Below, piece by piece: positions 63,320 through 64,000 of a stretch of DNA of 64,000 nt; position 1 is the stretch's first letter, and each line of letters opens with the position of its first letter. The position numbers and the translations under genes were made by a program. Source of the DNA: Leptogorgia sarmentosa (lineage: Eukaryota); NCBI GenBank assembly GCA_964658305.1, contig OZ210885.1:12524001-12588000 (forward strand), written 5' to 3'. Under the pieces are notes generated by a model that was given only the letters and a program-made list of their open reading frames with translations, had not been told where the DNA came from and made no database searches.

Positions 63320-64000
63320 CTAAAAACAGGAAAATGAACAGGTTGATAAATGGGGGACACACCGACATATACACATACTCAAATGTAAATGAATATATTT
63401 TTCTTTCCGCGATCACATTGAACAATCCAGCATTTGTTGAGTTTTCTATTGCATGCTATTAGAAAGTATTTTTGATAGTAGTATTTTAAAAATTTTAGCA
63501 CAATTGGTAGCTATAAATCGTAAAGTGGCCTTAAAACCTTTAAGGTTGAAGACATGCAAATTAGCGACATACTTTTGACAAATACGATGAACTATATAGA
63601 TCTTGCATCGAGTGATGACTGATATCTTTTTGTTGTAAACTCAAACGAGTGTTCATTTCTAATATATAGAAGTTTACCATCCATTAATTAATAATATTTA
63701 AATATGACAAGTTTCGACGTCAAATGCACACAATATTTTTGTCCTACTGTCATGTTACACGAAACACATCACACCTTCATTCCTTGTTGCTCTTCTTGAG
63801 ATATTTTCGTATCTGTCTTTTATTACTGGTTTTTAATTTGGACATTTCATCAAGATCAAACGCAGTTAGATAAAAGCATTCTTTTGGAAGCTCGTCCGTC
63901 CATGGCTTTCCTCCGCGGTTAGACAAGGAACCCACCTCTTGTTCCACAACCCCTTCCAGTAATGGATAGTGATTGTTTTCTTTTTTTTTGTAAAACTTTA

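Overview
AT-rich animal genomic DNA, probably an invertebrate and plausibly a cnidarian; this is inferred from repeat and protein styles, not verified. Positions 494-42245 carry 13 in-phase coding exons (about 1416 codons; the N-terminal exons lie upstream of the window) of an Apaf-1-like NB-ARC/WD40 STAND protein. Its introns are full of transposons. Intron 3 holds a decayed Helitron interrupted by a young full-length BEL/Pao LTR retrotransposon, which is itself interrupted by a 280-bp MITE. Intron 11 holds a second, truncated antisense BEL/Pao with a Harbinger-like insertion. Crypton-like units ending in long hairpins and several palindromic MITEs also occur. Positions 45993-57648 are a dense cluster of about 40 tRNA genes, pseudogenes and fragments built by direct and inverted segmental duplication. 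The last 6 kb are transposon debris (Penelope GIY-YIG, possible Ngaro, MULE-like). Three observations stand out: (1) two tRNA-Thr(AGT) genes with a 12-nt intron at the canonical site that looks like a tandem duplication of the anticodon loop, next to an intronless paralogue; (2) sequence-unrelated Crypton-like hairpins that share a bottom-strand fold (GNA triloop plus tandem G.A pairs) and sit in a cassette-like tandem; (3) repeated synonymous position-34 anticodon switching among duplicated tRNA modules.
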